In this document: in pieces, positions 19,439-29,235 of the stretch
Numbering within the stretch: the stretch's first letter is position 1
How the letters are laid out: each line of letters opens with the position of its first letter
Virus record (IMG/VR): IMGVR_UViG_3300047375_000738
Source: a virus
Lineage: Duplodnaviria; Caudoviricetes
Direction: 5' to 3' (one strand)
DNA: 64,000 nucleotides
Program-made: the position numbers and the translations under genes
Notes under the pieces: generated by a model
The model's input: the letters and a program-made list of their open reading frames with translations, nothing else
Told to the model about the DNA's origin: nothing
The model's database searches: none

Positions 19439-20296
19439 CTATCCTAGTAACTTTCCCAGCGTCTTAGGACCTACAATTCCGTCTGCTGTTAAACCGTTTT
19501 TTGTTTGCCACTTTTTAACGCTACGTGCAGTACCTGGTCCAAAGATGCCATCAGCAGGAGCAATGCCAAGTTTGTCCTGTACTTCTGCTACTAATGGACC
19601 ACGTGATCCTTGTCTAATTGTTTGATTAAGATTTAGATCGTCCTTTTTAGGTTCAACAAAATCACCACCAAGCACATCTAATGCGTGTATGTAATGTTTC
19701 TTACGATCTTCTAATCCAATAGTGCCGCCATTAATACGTTTTGTAGCACCAACAATATCCATGTTATCACAATACTTGTTTAAGCCGTTTGTATCCCAGA
19801 ACCAACATGCACTATCTAATGCACCTTCTTTGGTACGTACATAGTCTACTGCTTCTTCTGGTGACATTTCTACTGCTTCTGCGAATTCAGTATAATTATA
19901 TCTGCCGGTAAGCTGTAGAATACCACCGCCCCGGAATCTCCAACCATCTCCGGAACTACTATCGCCGTTGTCCATTCTGTTTGCGTAAATAACGTTTGCA
20001 ATTTTTTCAGGCTGTCTATGATAATCATTTGCATTCCTTCCTGCACGTTTGAAATACTTAGGAAAAATTGAATCCAGTGCTTTGGCGCTATAGTTTAAGT
20101 TTTCACTTAGTACTCTAAAGCCGCCACTTTCGTGTCCACACTGTGCTAAAAACATAGCAACACGTTCAGGTGTATCAACTTCCCATAACGGAAGAATATC
20201 AAGCATTGCTTCATACCAATCATAATGATCAGGTCTGTGTACTAATTCTTCTGCCATCCACGGCTCGAATTCAAATTTAAAATGTTGTTTACCCAT
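19439..20296 (-). CDS. Endolysin: GH19 domain plus C-terminal peptidoglycan-binding domain
   Basis: AMFLAQCGHES, RGGGILQLTGRYNY, TKRINGG; DGIFGPGT and DGIVGPKT repeats. Confidence 0.92.
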   Translation of the reverse strand: MGKQHFKFEFEPWMAEELVHRPDHYDWYEAMLDILPLWEVDTPERVAMFLAQCGHESGGFRVLSENLNYSAKALDSIFPKYFKRAGRNANDYHRQPEKIANVIYANRMDNGDSSSGDGWRFRGGGILQLTGRYNYTEFAEAVEMSPEEAVDYVRTKEGALDSACWFWDTNGLNKYCDNMDIVGATKRINGGTIGLEDRKKHYIHALDVLGGDFVEPKKDDLNLNQTIRQGSRGPLVAEVQDKLGIAPADGIFGPGTARSVKKWQTKNGLTADGIVGPKTLGKLLG

Positions 20297-20370
20297 TAGG
20301 TATTATCCTTTTTGCTGTTGTGATTCCCCGGACACAAATTCAATTTTATTATTATTGCTTTTGGGAGAGC

Positions 20371-21087
20371 TTATAGTCTTTCTACAACTAGCATTTTATC
20401 TGCTTGTTCTAACGTAATAGTTTTATCACCAAATTTAGATATATTATAATCGCCTAAGTATTTTGTTAGAAATAGTATTTCTGCGTAGTCGTTCATATTT
20501 ATTTTTTCTTCGATACTTTCGAGAATTTCAGTAGTGCTTCCAAAATCTTTTACTTTAAAGCCCAATGGATCAGCATACATTTTTTTAACAATTAAATCAT
20601 TTTCATCTTCCATAAAGATGTCATCAACATAGCTATTGCTAAAGAAGTTTTTAAAGTTGTTTAAGTTTGATTCGTTTACTAGTTCGTCGTAGCTTTCTGC
20701 ATCAGTTGGTACTGTATCCTGCAACGATTCAATTGTAAGTTCGTGCGGTTTAAATCCTTTGTAGTAACGATATTTAAATTCGCCACCAGTTAATCGACTT
20801 ACTCCATCAGCAAGTTCCATAATTTGTTTTGCAATTCCCTCTTCACGTTCCATTTCAACAAACACTCTGTAGTATCCATCGGCTTGTTCGCCTGAAGTAG
20901 CATCGGCATCTAGTACAAAGTTATATCCACTTTCAATAAATTGTACTAGATCATCAGCTGCTGCCTTTTCTAGTACATTAAAGCTCATTACACAGATATC
21001 TTTATCACTGCCCATTTTGCTTTTATAACTATCAATTTCAAACATAGGAACTATAAGATCCTGTAAATCATTTTCTCTTAAACCCAT
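20371..21087 (-). CDS. Conserved jumbo-phage hypothetical protein
   Basis: EIDSYKSKMG...FIESGYNFVLDAD; clean ORF. Confidence 0.65.
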   Translation of the reverse strand: MGLRENDLQDLIVPMFEIDSYKSKMGSDKDICVMSFNVLEKAAADDLVQFIESGYNFVLDADATSGEQADGYYRVFVEMEREEGIAKQIMELADGVSRLTGGEFKYRYYKGFKPHELTIESLQDTVPTDAESYDELVNESNLNNFKNFFSNSYVDDIFMEDENDLIVKKMYADPLGFKVKDFGSTTEILESIEEKINMNDYAEILFLTKYLGDYNISKFGDKTITLEQADKMLVVERL

Positions 21088-21617
21088 TATACTTCGTCCT
21101 CTGCACCTACTTCAGGTGCTGCTTGATCTTCTAGTTCTGCTGATGATGCGCCTGCGTCAGGAGCGTCTTGTGGTTTGTCTTGTATGATATCATCAAACTC
21201 TGCACCATACATATCAGCTAATAATTTCTTTGGCATTTTAACTTCAACAATCCAAATTGGATGTCTGTCAAGTTTACCAAAACGTGTACCTTGACGCACA
21301 TCTTCTGGCTCTAGAATTTTTCTTGGCTTTAATAAACTAGACCTTTGATAACCAATCTTACAGTCGTAATCTAATAAACGTTTACCGCCTTCTGGATCAG
21401 GCATCTTATCTTGTGGCCACATAAACTTTGCAGTTACCCAATGACGATCAATAGCAGGACCTTCGGCTAGTTCACCATCTTCCCAGTTTTTATATACGTA
21501 AATATCTAACTCGTCAAGAACTCTTTCAAGATCTTTTAGTACGTTAAATGCACTGTTGCTTTCGTAGATACTTTCAATATTTTTAATTACATCAAGTTCG
21601 TCTAATATATTGGTCAT
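21087..21617 (-). CDS. Conserved jumbo-phage hypothetical protein
   Basis: LKDLERVLDELDIYVYKNW...KMPDPEGGKRL; late promoter at 21643-21649. Confidence 0.65.
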   Translation of the reverse strand: MTNILDELDVIKNIESIYESNSAFNVLKDLERVLDELDIYVYKNWEDGELAEGPAIDRHWVTAKFMWPQDKMPDPEGGKRLLDYDCKIGYQRSSLLKPRKILEPEDVRQGTRFGKLDRHPIWIVEVKMPKKLLADMYGAEFDDIIQDKPQDAPDAGASSAELEDQAAPEVGAEDEV

Positions 21618-21746
21618 TGTGTCACCTTGTCTTTATTATAGTTATTTATCGCTTGAAGCTTCACAAGTGTGCTAAGAAAGGTAAATACCAGTGCAGGGGG
21701 ATCCTGCAAAGGAAACCCATGCTTTTTCTTAATATAGGAGGCCTTA

Positions 21747-22469
21747 ATGGGAAAAGCGAAAGCAAAACGCCAAGCGCATATATCGACTAACAACGTAGTA
21801 AAACTAAACAACTTCCAACCTCAAAAATCACGACAAGTGAAAATACTCCCTAGAAATAAAAGCCAAGAAACATACATCCTTGAATTACTGGACCGAGAAA
21901 GAGACATAGTCTTCGGAATAGGACCAGCAGGCACAGGTAAAACCCTGTTAGCATGTCAAGCAGGTGTAAAGGCATTTCTAGACGGTAGTGTTGAACGCAT
22001 TATTGTTACTCGTCCTGCTGTAAGTGCAGACGAAGATTTAGGGTTCTTACCCGGAACACTAGAGGAAAAGATGGCTCCATGGACAAGACCAATCTTTGAT
22101 GTGTTTAGAGAATATTTCTACGCTAATGAAATTGAGGGTATGATTAAAGAAGGCGTTATTGAAATATCACCACTAGCATATATGCGTGGTAGAACTTTTA
22201 AAAATAGTTTTATCATTGCAGATGAAATGCAAAATGCAACACAGAATCAAATGAAAATGCTACTAACACGCATTGGTAATGAGAGTCAAATGGTTGTAAC
22301 AGGTGATCTAAACCAAGCAGATAGACTAAAAGACAATGGATTAATTGATTTTATCAATCATCTAGAGTCACGTGAGAGCAAACATATTTCTGCTGTATTT
22401 TTCAAACAAGGAGACATTGAAAGGCATGATGCGGTAAAAGAAGTGCTAGAGATTTACGGCGACGACTGA
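21747..22469 (+). CDS. phoH: PhoH-family ATPase
   Basis: GPAGTGKT, RPAV, LGFLPG, RGRT, DEMQN, TGDxxQ; SD AGGAGG. Confidence 0.95.
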   Translation: MGKAKAKRQAHISTNNVVKLNNFQPQKSRQVKILPRNKSQETYILELLDRERDIVFGIGPAGTGKTLLACQAGVKAFLDGSVERIIVTRPAVSADEDLGFLPGTLEEKMAPWTRPIFDVFREYFYANEIEGMIKEGVIEISPLAYMRGRTFKNSFIIADEMQNATQNQMKMLLTRIGNESQMVVTGDLNQADRLKDNGLIDFINHLESRESKHISAVFFKQGDIERHDAVKEVLEIYGDD

Positions 22470-22750
22470 GCTCTAATACTTTTAAAAGCGAGAGGGTGTT
22501 GATTCTTAGCATCCTCTCTTAACAACATCAACAAGTACTCATTTTCAGTATAGGTGAGTTTCCAACTACTTTGTTTAATAGGCGGACGACCCATAGCGTC
22601 ATAGAATATTTCGCCTTGCCAGTATGTCTTTAACCAAATACGCTTTTTACTCCAACTACTGCGTATTGGCCACCATGCGTAATGTTGATTCCATTCAATG
22701 TCTATTTCAACTGTTGGCGGCATACGTCCTCCCACCATCGAATAGTCCAT
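22454..22750 (-). CDS. Hypothetical protein (YAWWPIR...IWLK family); start uncertain
   Basis: Trp-rich motif common in large phages. Confidence 0.45.
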   Translation of the reverse strand: MDYSMVGGRMPPTVEIDIEWNQHYAWWPIRSSWSKKRIWLKTYWQGEIFYDAMGRPPIKQSSWKLTYTENEYLLMLLREDAKNQHPLAFKSIRAQSSP

Positions 22751-22925
22751 ACCATTGCTTCTTTTTCACAAGTAAAACTAAAGTATCCTTTGCCATCTTC
22801 GTGTCCCCAAGCCCACGGATGCTTACAATGTAATTCTGTCCATTTAAGAACATATTCCATAATAGCATCACGTGGAAGAACAACATCGTGTTCAAAGTGC
22901 TTATTATAATTCGGATAAGCCATTT
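22702..22925 (-). CDS. Small hypothetical protein (MAYPNY...); start revised
   Basis: WTELHCKHPWAW...FSFTCEKEA pattern. Confidence 0.4.
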
Positions 22926-23575
22926 GCCATTGGAAAAATTTCTGCGATGACTTTAGCACACTGGACAGCGATTTCCATGTGTTCTTTTTGTGTTCCATTA
23001 GCACTCCGTAAATCGATGTAATGAATCCAACTACGAATAGTTCCGTTCATATACAGTCGTGTTTTTGTTAAGCCTTCAGGTAATACTTTACGTGCTTGTT
23101 CTTTAGCAATGCCTTTTTCAATAGCATTTTCATAAATTGTTTTTGCAACTTCTGCAACATGCTTTTGTTGCATGTCCCACCAAAGCTGTAAATCTCTATC
23201 GTCGGTTGAAATACTGTTTTGTCTATTTTTAGTATCTTGCAAACGTGCTTCTGAGTATTCAAAGATATCACCTTGCTCTGCAGGATCTGCATAACGCTGT
23301 GAAAACTCTTGGAATGCAAAACTACGATGACGTACAATTTGATGTGCGATGTCTCTTGTAGTTTCAATTTCTAATGTAGCATTAACCATTTCAAGTGGTG
23401 ACCAGTGTGCATGTTTAATCAAATACTTAATCAAGCGTTCACTTGTTTCTGTATTAATCTGTGCGGCAGGGTTTGATACCTTTGCACAAAATGCAATTAG
23501 TTCTTGTAGATCTGTTAGACCCTCTGCTGCAAACTCATCTGTTGCTTTACTATAACTTACTAATCGAACGGCCAT
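22904..23575 (-). CDS. thyX: Flavin-dependent thymidylate synthase ThyX
   Basis: HWSPLE, RHRSFAFQEFSQRY, AQKEH-like TQKEH. Confidence 0.95.
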   Translation of the reverse strand: MAVRLVSYSKATDEFAAEGLTDLQELIAFCAKVSNPAAQINTETSERLIKYLIKHAHWSPLEMVNATLEIETTRDIAHQIVRHRSFAFQEFSQRYADPAEQGDIFEYSEARLQDTKNRQNSISTDDRDLQLWWDMQQKHVAEVAKTIYENAIEKGIAKEQARKVLPEGLTKTRLYMNGTIRSWIHYIDLRSANGTQKEHMEIAVQCAKVIAEIFPMANGLSEL

Positions 23576-23739
23576 TCAGCTAATTCTCCTTTTAAATTCG
23601 ATAATCTTTGGCTTAAAAAATTTATTGTAGTGTGTATATGACCAGTGTCATGTGGCTGCAATAAAGTTTTGTAATACTGTATTTCTTCTTCTAGTACATT
23701 TACACGCACTAGATCATTTACTAATGTTTGTTTGCTCAT
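23560..23739 (-). CDS. 59-aa hypothetical protein (PHDTGHIHT motif; not in ORF track)
   Basis: Manual translation: MSKQTLVNDLVRVNVLEEEIQYYKTLLQPHDTGHIHTTINFL... Confidence 0.5.
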   Translation of the reverse strand: MSKQTLVNDLVRVNVLEEEIQYYKTLLQPHDTGHIHTTINFLSQRLSNLKGELAEWPFD

Positions 23740-23920
23740 CTAAAATCCTGCGCATTGTGTCACTTGCATACGTTTTAAAAAAACGTGGTCCGATACTGTG
23801 TACTATAACAGCTAGTACAACAACTTGTAATCTAAAAGCAATACCGAGAGCATGACGCATATGTTGCCAGCCTGTCATGTTTACTGACTTTAAATGTAAT
23901 TTACATTGTTTGCTTAACAT
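23714..23920 (-). CDS. DUF6356-like small membrane protein
   Basis: H...WQHMRHAL...IVHSIGPRFF; paralog of 57872-58075. Confidence 0.5.
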   Translation of the reverse strand: MLSKQCKLHLKSVNMTGWQHMRHALGIAFRLQVVVLAVIVHSIGPRFFKTYASDTMRRILDEQTNISK

Positions 23921-24261
23921 TAATCTCCCTTTCCTGGTGCTTCACTAAAGTGTTCTATTTTACCTTCAACGCCTTGCCATTCTTCAGCATCAGGAGGAAC
24001 ATCTTCAGGACGCATTTGTGTAATATTAGGCCAAATACTAGCATACTTATCGTTAAACTCTACCCACGATTCCATGCCCGGATCTGTATCTGCTCTGATA
24101 GCATCTGCTGGACATTCAGGTTCGCATACACCGCAATCGATACATTCATCTGGTTTAATAACTAACATGTTCTCACCTTCGTAAAAACAATCTACTGGAC
24201 AAACCTCTACACAGTCCATGTGTTTGCATTTAATACATGCATCATTTACAATATATGTCAT
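23920..24261 (-). CDS. fdxA: 7Fe-type ferredoxin FdxA
   Basis: [22 protein letters not shown]...[12 protein letters not shown]; alphaproteobacterial style. Confidence 0.93.
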   Translation of the reverse strand: MTYIVNDACIKCKHMDCVEVCPVDCFYEGENMLVIKPDECIDCGVCEPECPADAIRADTDPGMESWVEFNDKYASIWPNITQMRPEDVPPDAEEWQGVEGKIEHFSEAPGKGD

Positions 24262-25231
24262 AGAATACCTTTTCTAAGTTTTTAATATGCAGCCTGTTGT
24301 GTTGTAACACTTCTTCCATTTCAACAAGTACTAGTTGTTTATCATTATACGACATACTTGCTATAAAGTCTAGAGTATTTTTTAATTTTCTTATGCGTTT
24401 TTTATCGTCTGGTTCTTGATCATAACTTTCGTCCCACCAAGCATCAAAAGTTTTAAAACCAAGTTGTTTCATTAGACGCAGTGTAAACGGAGGAGCTGCT
24501 AGAACAAAAGGTCTGTAGTTTGCCATTGAATCTAATGTTTTTTCACTAAAGTTAGCATATTGTTTATTATATAAAGTTTCTGTTACTACTGTACAAAAAC
24601 TATTTTTATATGCTGCTTCTAATAATTCTTGGTCAATCATAGGGTACTCTTGCCAAGCACCATATGTAACTAAACTTTCATCTTTATGATAACGTATTAG
24701 ATGTTTTGCAAGTAACCGTCGATGTATCTTATCAGCGTTGTTTGGGCAAAAGAAAGTTTTCCAAAAATTTCTATCAATATCTGGTAAAACTATCTGCGTA
24801 GATTCGTGCCAAAGATACGTGTCAATGTAGCTCATATAATCAAAGTATTTTTCAAGTCCTTTATTAGGAACAAAGAATTCAAAATCAATACCTAAACTGT
24901 GAGCAAATTCATATTCACTACAATAGTAATTATCAAGTCTACCCAAGTACTTTCGCATAAAGTCGATTTCATCCTTTGGCAAAACATGCACAGGTTCAAA
25001 ACTAAACCAGCTTACCTTGTCTGTACCTAGATGATCTAGTATATGTTTTACATCATGTTCTTCGTCGTCTGGCGGATCATTTATGTTATCAAACTGTACA
25101 ACCAAAGGCATAGTAACTATATCTCTAAGATACATTACAGCATCATGCCTATAGTCGTCAAAAGGTTTCATAGATTGTAGATTTTGATCAAGTACTAAGC
25201 ATTTTTTATTTTGATCAATTAAGTATATCAA
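24242..25231 (-). CDS. Putative glycosyltransferase-like protein, paralog 3
   Basis: VVTETLY...FSEKT...RPFV...[14 protein letters not shown]. Confidence 0.55.
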   Translation of the reverse strand: MIYLIDQNKKCLVLDQNLQSMKPFDDYRHDAVMYLRDIVTMPLVVQFDNINDPPDDEEHDVKHILDHLGTDKVSWFSFEPVHVLPKDEIDFMRKYLGRLDNYYCSEYEFAHSLGIDFEFFVPNKGLEKYFDYMSYIDTYLWHESTQIVLPDIDRNFWKTFFCPNNADKIHRRLLAKHLIRYHKDESLVTYGAWQEYPMIDQELLEAAYKNSFCTVVTETLYNKQYANFSEKTLDSMANYRPFVLAAPPFTLRLMKQLGFKTFDAWWDESYDQEPDDKKRIRKLKNTLDFIASMSYNDKQLVLVEMEEVLQHNRLHIKNLEKVFYDIYCK

Positions 25232-26142
25232 AGTTGCCCAAGCCTGATAAGCGTTGCTGCTAGGTTAATTTCAGGGTCTACAACTAGTGTGTGATCTACT
25301 AAGCCTTGTTTGATAATAAGCACAGCTTTGTCCTGCTGATCTTCACTGCCAAACAATTCAATGTTGTCATATAGCCACCGATAGATCTCTTCCATTTCTT
25401 CAGCACGTACTGTACCGCATAATAGTTTACGTGCATCTGAAATCTTGCCTGCTTTAAACAGTTCTACCATTTCTAGTTTCCAATCAGCCGCACCACTATC
25501 GCCTTCATTGGGCTTTACTAGCACACCGTCTGTTGAATTCATTTGTACTGTGTTGATACACTTACGCAAGTCTGGATATGTGCCTTTAACATATGTGTCA
25601 AGTGTATCCAAGTCTGGAGTTACACCTTCTGTAATAAGAATCTCTGCAACTCTTGCTGTAAACTCTGTTTGGTCAATCTTAGCAATATGGAAGCCTTGGC
25701 ATCTGCTGTGAATAGCAGGAATAATTCTGTTAGGATAGTTACAAGTTAAAATAAATCTTGCTGTTGTATGATACTCCTCCATCACACCACGCAGTGCCGC
25801 TTGGGCGTTTGGGCTCAAATAATCAGCCTCATCAAGTAGCACAACCTTAAAGTCACCAAAAGGAATCATTTGTACAAACGCAACAATTTTGTCACGTACA
25901 TCATCTACGCTGTTTGTACGACTTGCATTAATTTCAAGAATGTCTAGTGGATTAGTATCAAGCTCATTAAAAAGCAACTTAGCAAGAGTAGTTTTGCCAA
26001 TTCCAGCATTGCCACTGAAGAGCAAATGAGGAATAGTTTTATCTTTAATCCATGTATTAACTTGATTACGTTGTGCTTCATCTCTAAATACATATCCTTC
26101 AACTGTTTTAGGCCGATACTTCTCTACCCATAAGTCTTTCAT
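25228..26142 (-). CDS. Clamp loader AAA+ subunit (RFC / T4 gp44-like)
   Basis: WVEKYRP, GNAGIGKT, DEAD, SRC. Confidence 0.93.
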   Translation of the reverse strand: MKDLWVEKYRPKTVEGYVFRDEAQRNQVNTWIKDKTIPHLLFSGNAGIGKTTLAKLLFNELDTNPLDILEINASRTNSVDDVRDKIVAFVQMIPFGDFKVVLLDEADYLSPNAQAALRGVMEEYHTTARFILTCNYPNRIIPAIHSRCQGFHIAKIDQTEFTARVAEILITEGVTPDLDTLDTYVKGTYPDLRKCINTVQMNSTDGVLVKPNEGDSGAADWKLEMVELFKAGKISDARKLLCGTVRAEEMEEIYRWLYDNIELFGSEDQQDKAVLIIKQGLVDHTLVVDPEINLAATLIRLGQL

Positions 26143-26833
26143 TTACTATCCTCTATAATTTGTTCTAGTCTTGCTAACCAAGTAGGCGAAATTTGTAATT
26201 GATCTAGTACTTCATCTAACTCAGCTAAACTATGCTTATTAAATTCAACACTATCTTCTGTAGCAGGAGCCCATGTTGCTTCAACCATGACATGATCTTC
26301 TGGTAATTGTTCTACTATATTAATAGCTTTTTCAAACTTTGTCAACTATTTTTTCCTTCCTTTTCTTCTTTGGCTTTCTTGCGTCTTGTATAAAATCCGC
26401 CTTTGAATTCAATCTCTTCTGTTCTTGCGCCACTTTCCAAATACGTAACTTCGCCTCCGTTATCTAAATATTCTTGTATTAATTTTTTATCTTCGTCGGA
26501 TGTGTTACGTGATACCGGATTCATTTATTTACTTCCATTCCTTTGCGAGCAAATTCTTTTGCTCTTTTGTTAATTTCTCTTTCAGTGAGTTTGCCTTGTG
26601 CGTACAGTTTTAGCTTCCAATCTCGGACTAGCTTCTTACTGTCAGACTTTATCTTCTTCATCATTCCACTTAATTTTTTCAATAGTATATTGGTCAGCTC
26701 CCCAAAGGGCAGGTGATCCAAATTTTCTCATTGTTTTTTCAATAACAACTGTTTCGTCGGCAGCATACTCGTATCCTAAAAATATTTCATTTACAAAAAC
26801 TTGCCATGTACGTTCTCCTGCAAAATTATTCAA
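26139..26833 (-). CDS. Run of four small hypothetical ORFs (26139-26345, 26342-26524, 26521-~26664, 26642-26833)
   Basis: Overlapping start/stop coupling; no recognisable motifs. Confidence 0.4.
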
Positions 26834-27104
26834 TTAGTGTACTCCATTTCTTTAGTTTATCTCGTTTATAATTACTACGAGTAGCCACATCGTGATGTGA
26901 TACAATTCCGTGATCAATCATAAGTTCAATCATGCATTGTACATCGCCAATTTCTTCAAGTAATTTTTCACGCTGCTCATCTGTAATTTCTTCTTTGTAC
27001 TTAAATTTGCGTACAATCTTTGAACAGCGTTGTGTAAGCTCTCCGCATTCTTCAGCAGTGATAATCATTAGTTGTTGAAGTGTGTTAATTGGACTATTTT
27101 GCAA
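26826..27104 (-). CDS. MazG-like NTP pyrophosphohydrolase (small)
   Basis: EECGEL...EEIGDV acidic motif. Confidence 0.75.
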   Translation of the reverse strand: MQNSPINTLQQLMIITAEECGELTQRCSKIVRKFKYKEEITDEQREKLLEEIGDVQCMIELMIDHGIVSHHDVATRSNYKRDKLKKWSTLIE

Positions 27105-27621
27105 TGCCTAATTCCTTGTATACCATTTGTACACCTTTGGCTTGGAAGTAAGAATCTGCTAGTGCGTTGTGCAAATCACTTTGCATTGCTTTACGTGGAT
27201 CTACTTTTGCTAATGCAAATAATGTACGTGAGTCACGTACTTGCCAAAATTGCCATGGAATATTTTTGTTACGTTGACGTAGCATATCTTCGAGTATTGT
27301 TATATCAAATCCATAGCCGTGGCCCCATAGCACATCAACATCGCTGATCCACTTAGGAAGACTATCTAAAAATATATCTGTATGAGTACGCCCTTCTGTG
27401 CCAAATGCTTCTTCTTGAACTTTTGCATCTTGTCTGCTCCACCAAGCAATAGTGTCATCATTTACACTACGATCTTGTGTATCTAAGTCTAATTTATAAT
27501 AAAACTCACTATGAGGCTCAGCTTCACTAAATGGATCAAACTTTACACCTCCTACTGTAAGCACAGTTGCCTGTGGTGTTACGTCTAATGTTTCTAAGTC
27601 GATCATTGCATGGATTGGCAT
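27094..27621 (-). CDS. DEDDh 3'-5' exonuclease (T4 DexA-like)
   Basis: MIDLET, GFD, RDSRT, HNALAD. Confidence 0.85.
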   Translation of the reverse strand: MPIHAMIDLETLDVTPQATVLTVGGVKFDPFSEAEPHSEFYYKLDLDTQDRSVNDDTIAWWSRQDAKVQEEAFGTEGRTHTDIFLDSLPKWISDVDVLWGHGYGFDITILEDMLRQRNKNIPWQFWQVRDSRTLFALAKVDPRKAMQSDLHNALADSYFQAKGVQMVYKELGIAK

Positions 27622-27815
27622 TCAAACTTTTCCTCTACTGCTTTTATGTGTTTGCACTTCTTAAATGCTGGACAATCGCAACTAAAGCCGTTGTCTAACA
27701 TTTCTATATTATATACACCCTTGCTACCTTCAGCATTCCAAACTGTGCCTACTGCCCAGTGTTTCTTGGTATCAATTATATCACTTGGATAAATTCTAGG
27801 ACCATACTTGGACAT
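27603..27815 (-). CDS. SWIM zinc-finger protein
   Basis: CDCPAFKKCKH (CxC...CxH). Confidence 0.7.
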   Translation of the reverse strand: MSKYGPRIYPSDIIDTKKHWAVGTVWNAEGSKGVYNIEMLDNGFSCDCPAFKKCKHIKAVEEKFECQSMQ

Positions 27816-27838
27816 TGAGCACCTCTTTGTTACAGTTT

Positions 27839-27867
27839 AATATAACACAAAGAGTACTAGTTGTCAA
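27839..27867 (-). promoter_or_regulatory. sigma70-type promoter
   Basis: TTGACA-17-TATATT. Confidence 0.75.
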
Positions 27868-28042
27868 CCATTTTTGCACGGAATCTTTCGTAAGCCCGCC
27901 AACCTTCCCAGGCAAACGCTAACATGATTCCTGTTGTAATACCGCCACCCATTAGGGTGACGATAATTAATACTTGAAATACTTTGGCAAATACAGCTAC
28001 AGCTAAAAAGTCATACCATTCAAAGTTTTCAAATATCTCCAT
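27857..28042 (-). CDS. Small membrane protein (start revised to MEIFENF)
   Basis: Two hydrophobic segments. Confidence 0.5.
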   Translation of the reverse strand: MEIFENFEWYDFLAVAVFAKVFQVLIIVTLMGGGITTGIMLAFAWEGWRAYERFRAKMVDN

Positions 28043-28448
28043 CTTTTCGATTCTCTGAGTAATACGGGTCAAACGATCCACCGGGATAACGTTTTTCCAG
28101 TTTTTTAACATTCTCTGCAATAACATCATTAGGATCAATACCCAATGCACTGCAACTGTTCATCCAATACCACATAATGTCACCTAGCTCACGCATAGCA
28201 TGGTACTGTGTATCTTCGTCCATCGGTTTGCCTTGGAATACACACTTCTTAATGATTTCCATAAACTCGCCACCTTCTGCACAAATGCCAACAGCACCTG
28301 TCATAAGTTGCGCCATGTTCACTTTCATTTTGCTTTCAGTTGTTTCAATTTCAACTATGCGATTGTACATTTGCATACTTGATAGTGATTCGTCACTTGT
28401 CACTTCACGGACAAAATCTTTGTAACGGTTTAAGTCAACTTGGCTCAT
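28029..28448 (-). CDS. mazG: MazG-family nucleotide pyrophosphohydrolase
   Basis: EGGEFMEIIKK...ELGDIMWY...ENVKKLEKRY. Confidence 0.85.
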   Translation of the reverse strand: MSQVDLNRYKDFVREVTSDESLSSMQMYNRIVEIETTESKMKVNMAQLMTGAVGICAEGGEFMEIIKKCVFQGKPMDEDTQYHAMRELGDIMWYWMNSCSALGIDPNDVIAENVKKLEKRYPGGSFDPYYSENRKDGDI

Positions 28449-28829
28449 TTATACTTCCTCTGCCATTTGTACGCCTTCGGGCTTTTCATTACTGTAAGCA
28501 AGAATACTTTCTGCTTCTACCATACGCAGAGTTTTTTCTCCAGCGCCTTCATCAATATCAATGCCACGAGTCCAGCGTCCGTGTTCTACTAACACCCAGT
28601 CACCGATCTCATAACTATCATCATTTTCTGGTCCTTTTGCATGAACCTGGCCCCAACGTGGATAGATACCACGTGAATCGCCATCATCACTAGTAAGAAT
28701 AAGTCCTGAAGCTGTCTTTTGTTCTCCAAAATGCATATTGCTTACAATAACTCGATTGCTAATAGGCCTTAGTGTGCCTTTAACTTTTGGCGTGACTTTA
28801 AAGCCACCACCCATTCCTTCTGTGCTCAT
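28449..28829 (-). CDS. groES: GroES-like co-chaperonin
   Basis: LRPISNRVIV...EQKTASGLIL...GQVHAKG...GDWVL...ESILA. Confidence 0.8.
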   Translation of the reverse strand: MSTEGMGGGFKVTPKVKGTLRPISNRVIVSNMHFGEQKTASGLILTSDDGDSRGIYPRWGQVHAKGPENDDSYEIGDWVLVEHGRWTRGIDIDEGAGEKTLRMVEAESILAYSNEKPEGVQMAEEV

Positions 28830-29218
28830 TATTCACCTTTTCTAATAAAATTGCCGTCTTCGTCTTCGATCCAGTCGTCAAGTGGATCTGCTTTAGATTT
28901 AGCCTTGGGTTTTTCTACAGGCTTCTCTATAATTGGTTCTTCATCAAATGCTTCAAATTCTTCTTGTTCAGCTTGCGTCATTTTTGTATCTGAACTTAGA
29001 ACAGTTTCGTCACGCATACCGGGTTGTGCTTGATAGTAGTCCTTTAGCACATCTTCTCTTTTTCTAACAATTTTGCCACCTTTTCCTAGTTCGTCACCAC
29101 GGGCATTTACTTTATGGTTTCCAACTGCTGGTGTTAATTCGTTTCGACTAATCAACAGATCAAGATCAACTTGTTTGCCTCTTGCTGTTCTGTATACTTT
29201 ACGACCTTGATTTGCCAT
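28829..29218 (-). CDS. Conserved jumbo-phage hypothetical protein
   Basis: RTARGKQVD...AVGN..VNARGDELGKGG. Confidence 0.6.
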   Translation of the reverse strand: MANQGRKVYRTARGKQVDLDLLISRNELTPAVGNHKVNARGDELGKGGKIVRKREDVLKDYYQAQPGMRDETVLSSDTKMTQAEQEEFEAFDEEPIIEKPVEKPKAKSKADPLDDWIEDEDGNFIRKGE

Positions 29219-29235
29219 TGTGTCTCCTTATAAAA

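Noticed and set aside
21683-21746. Hairpin TGCAGG-GGAT-CCTGCA and possible pseudoknot in the phoH leader
   Set aside because: No recognisable riboswitch consensus, and the SD is not sequestered; probably a 5' stabilising hairpin.
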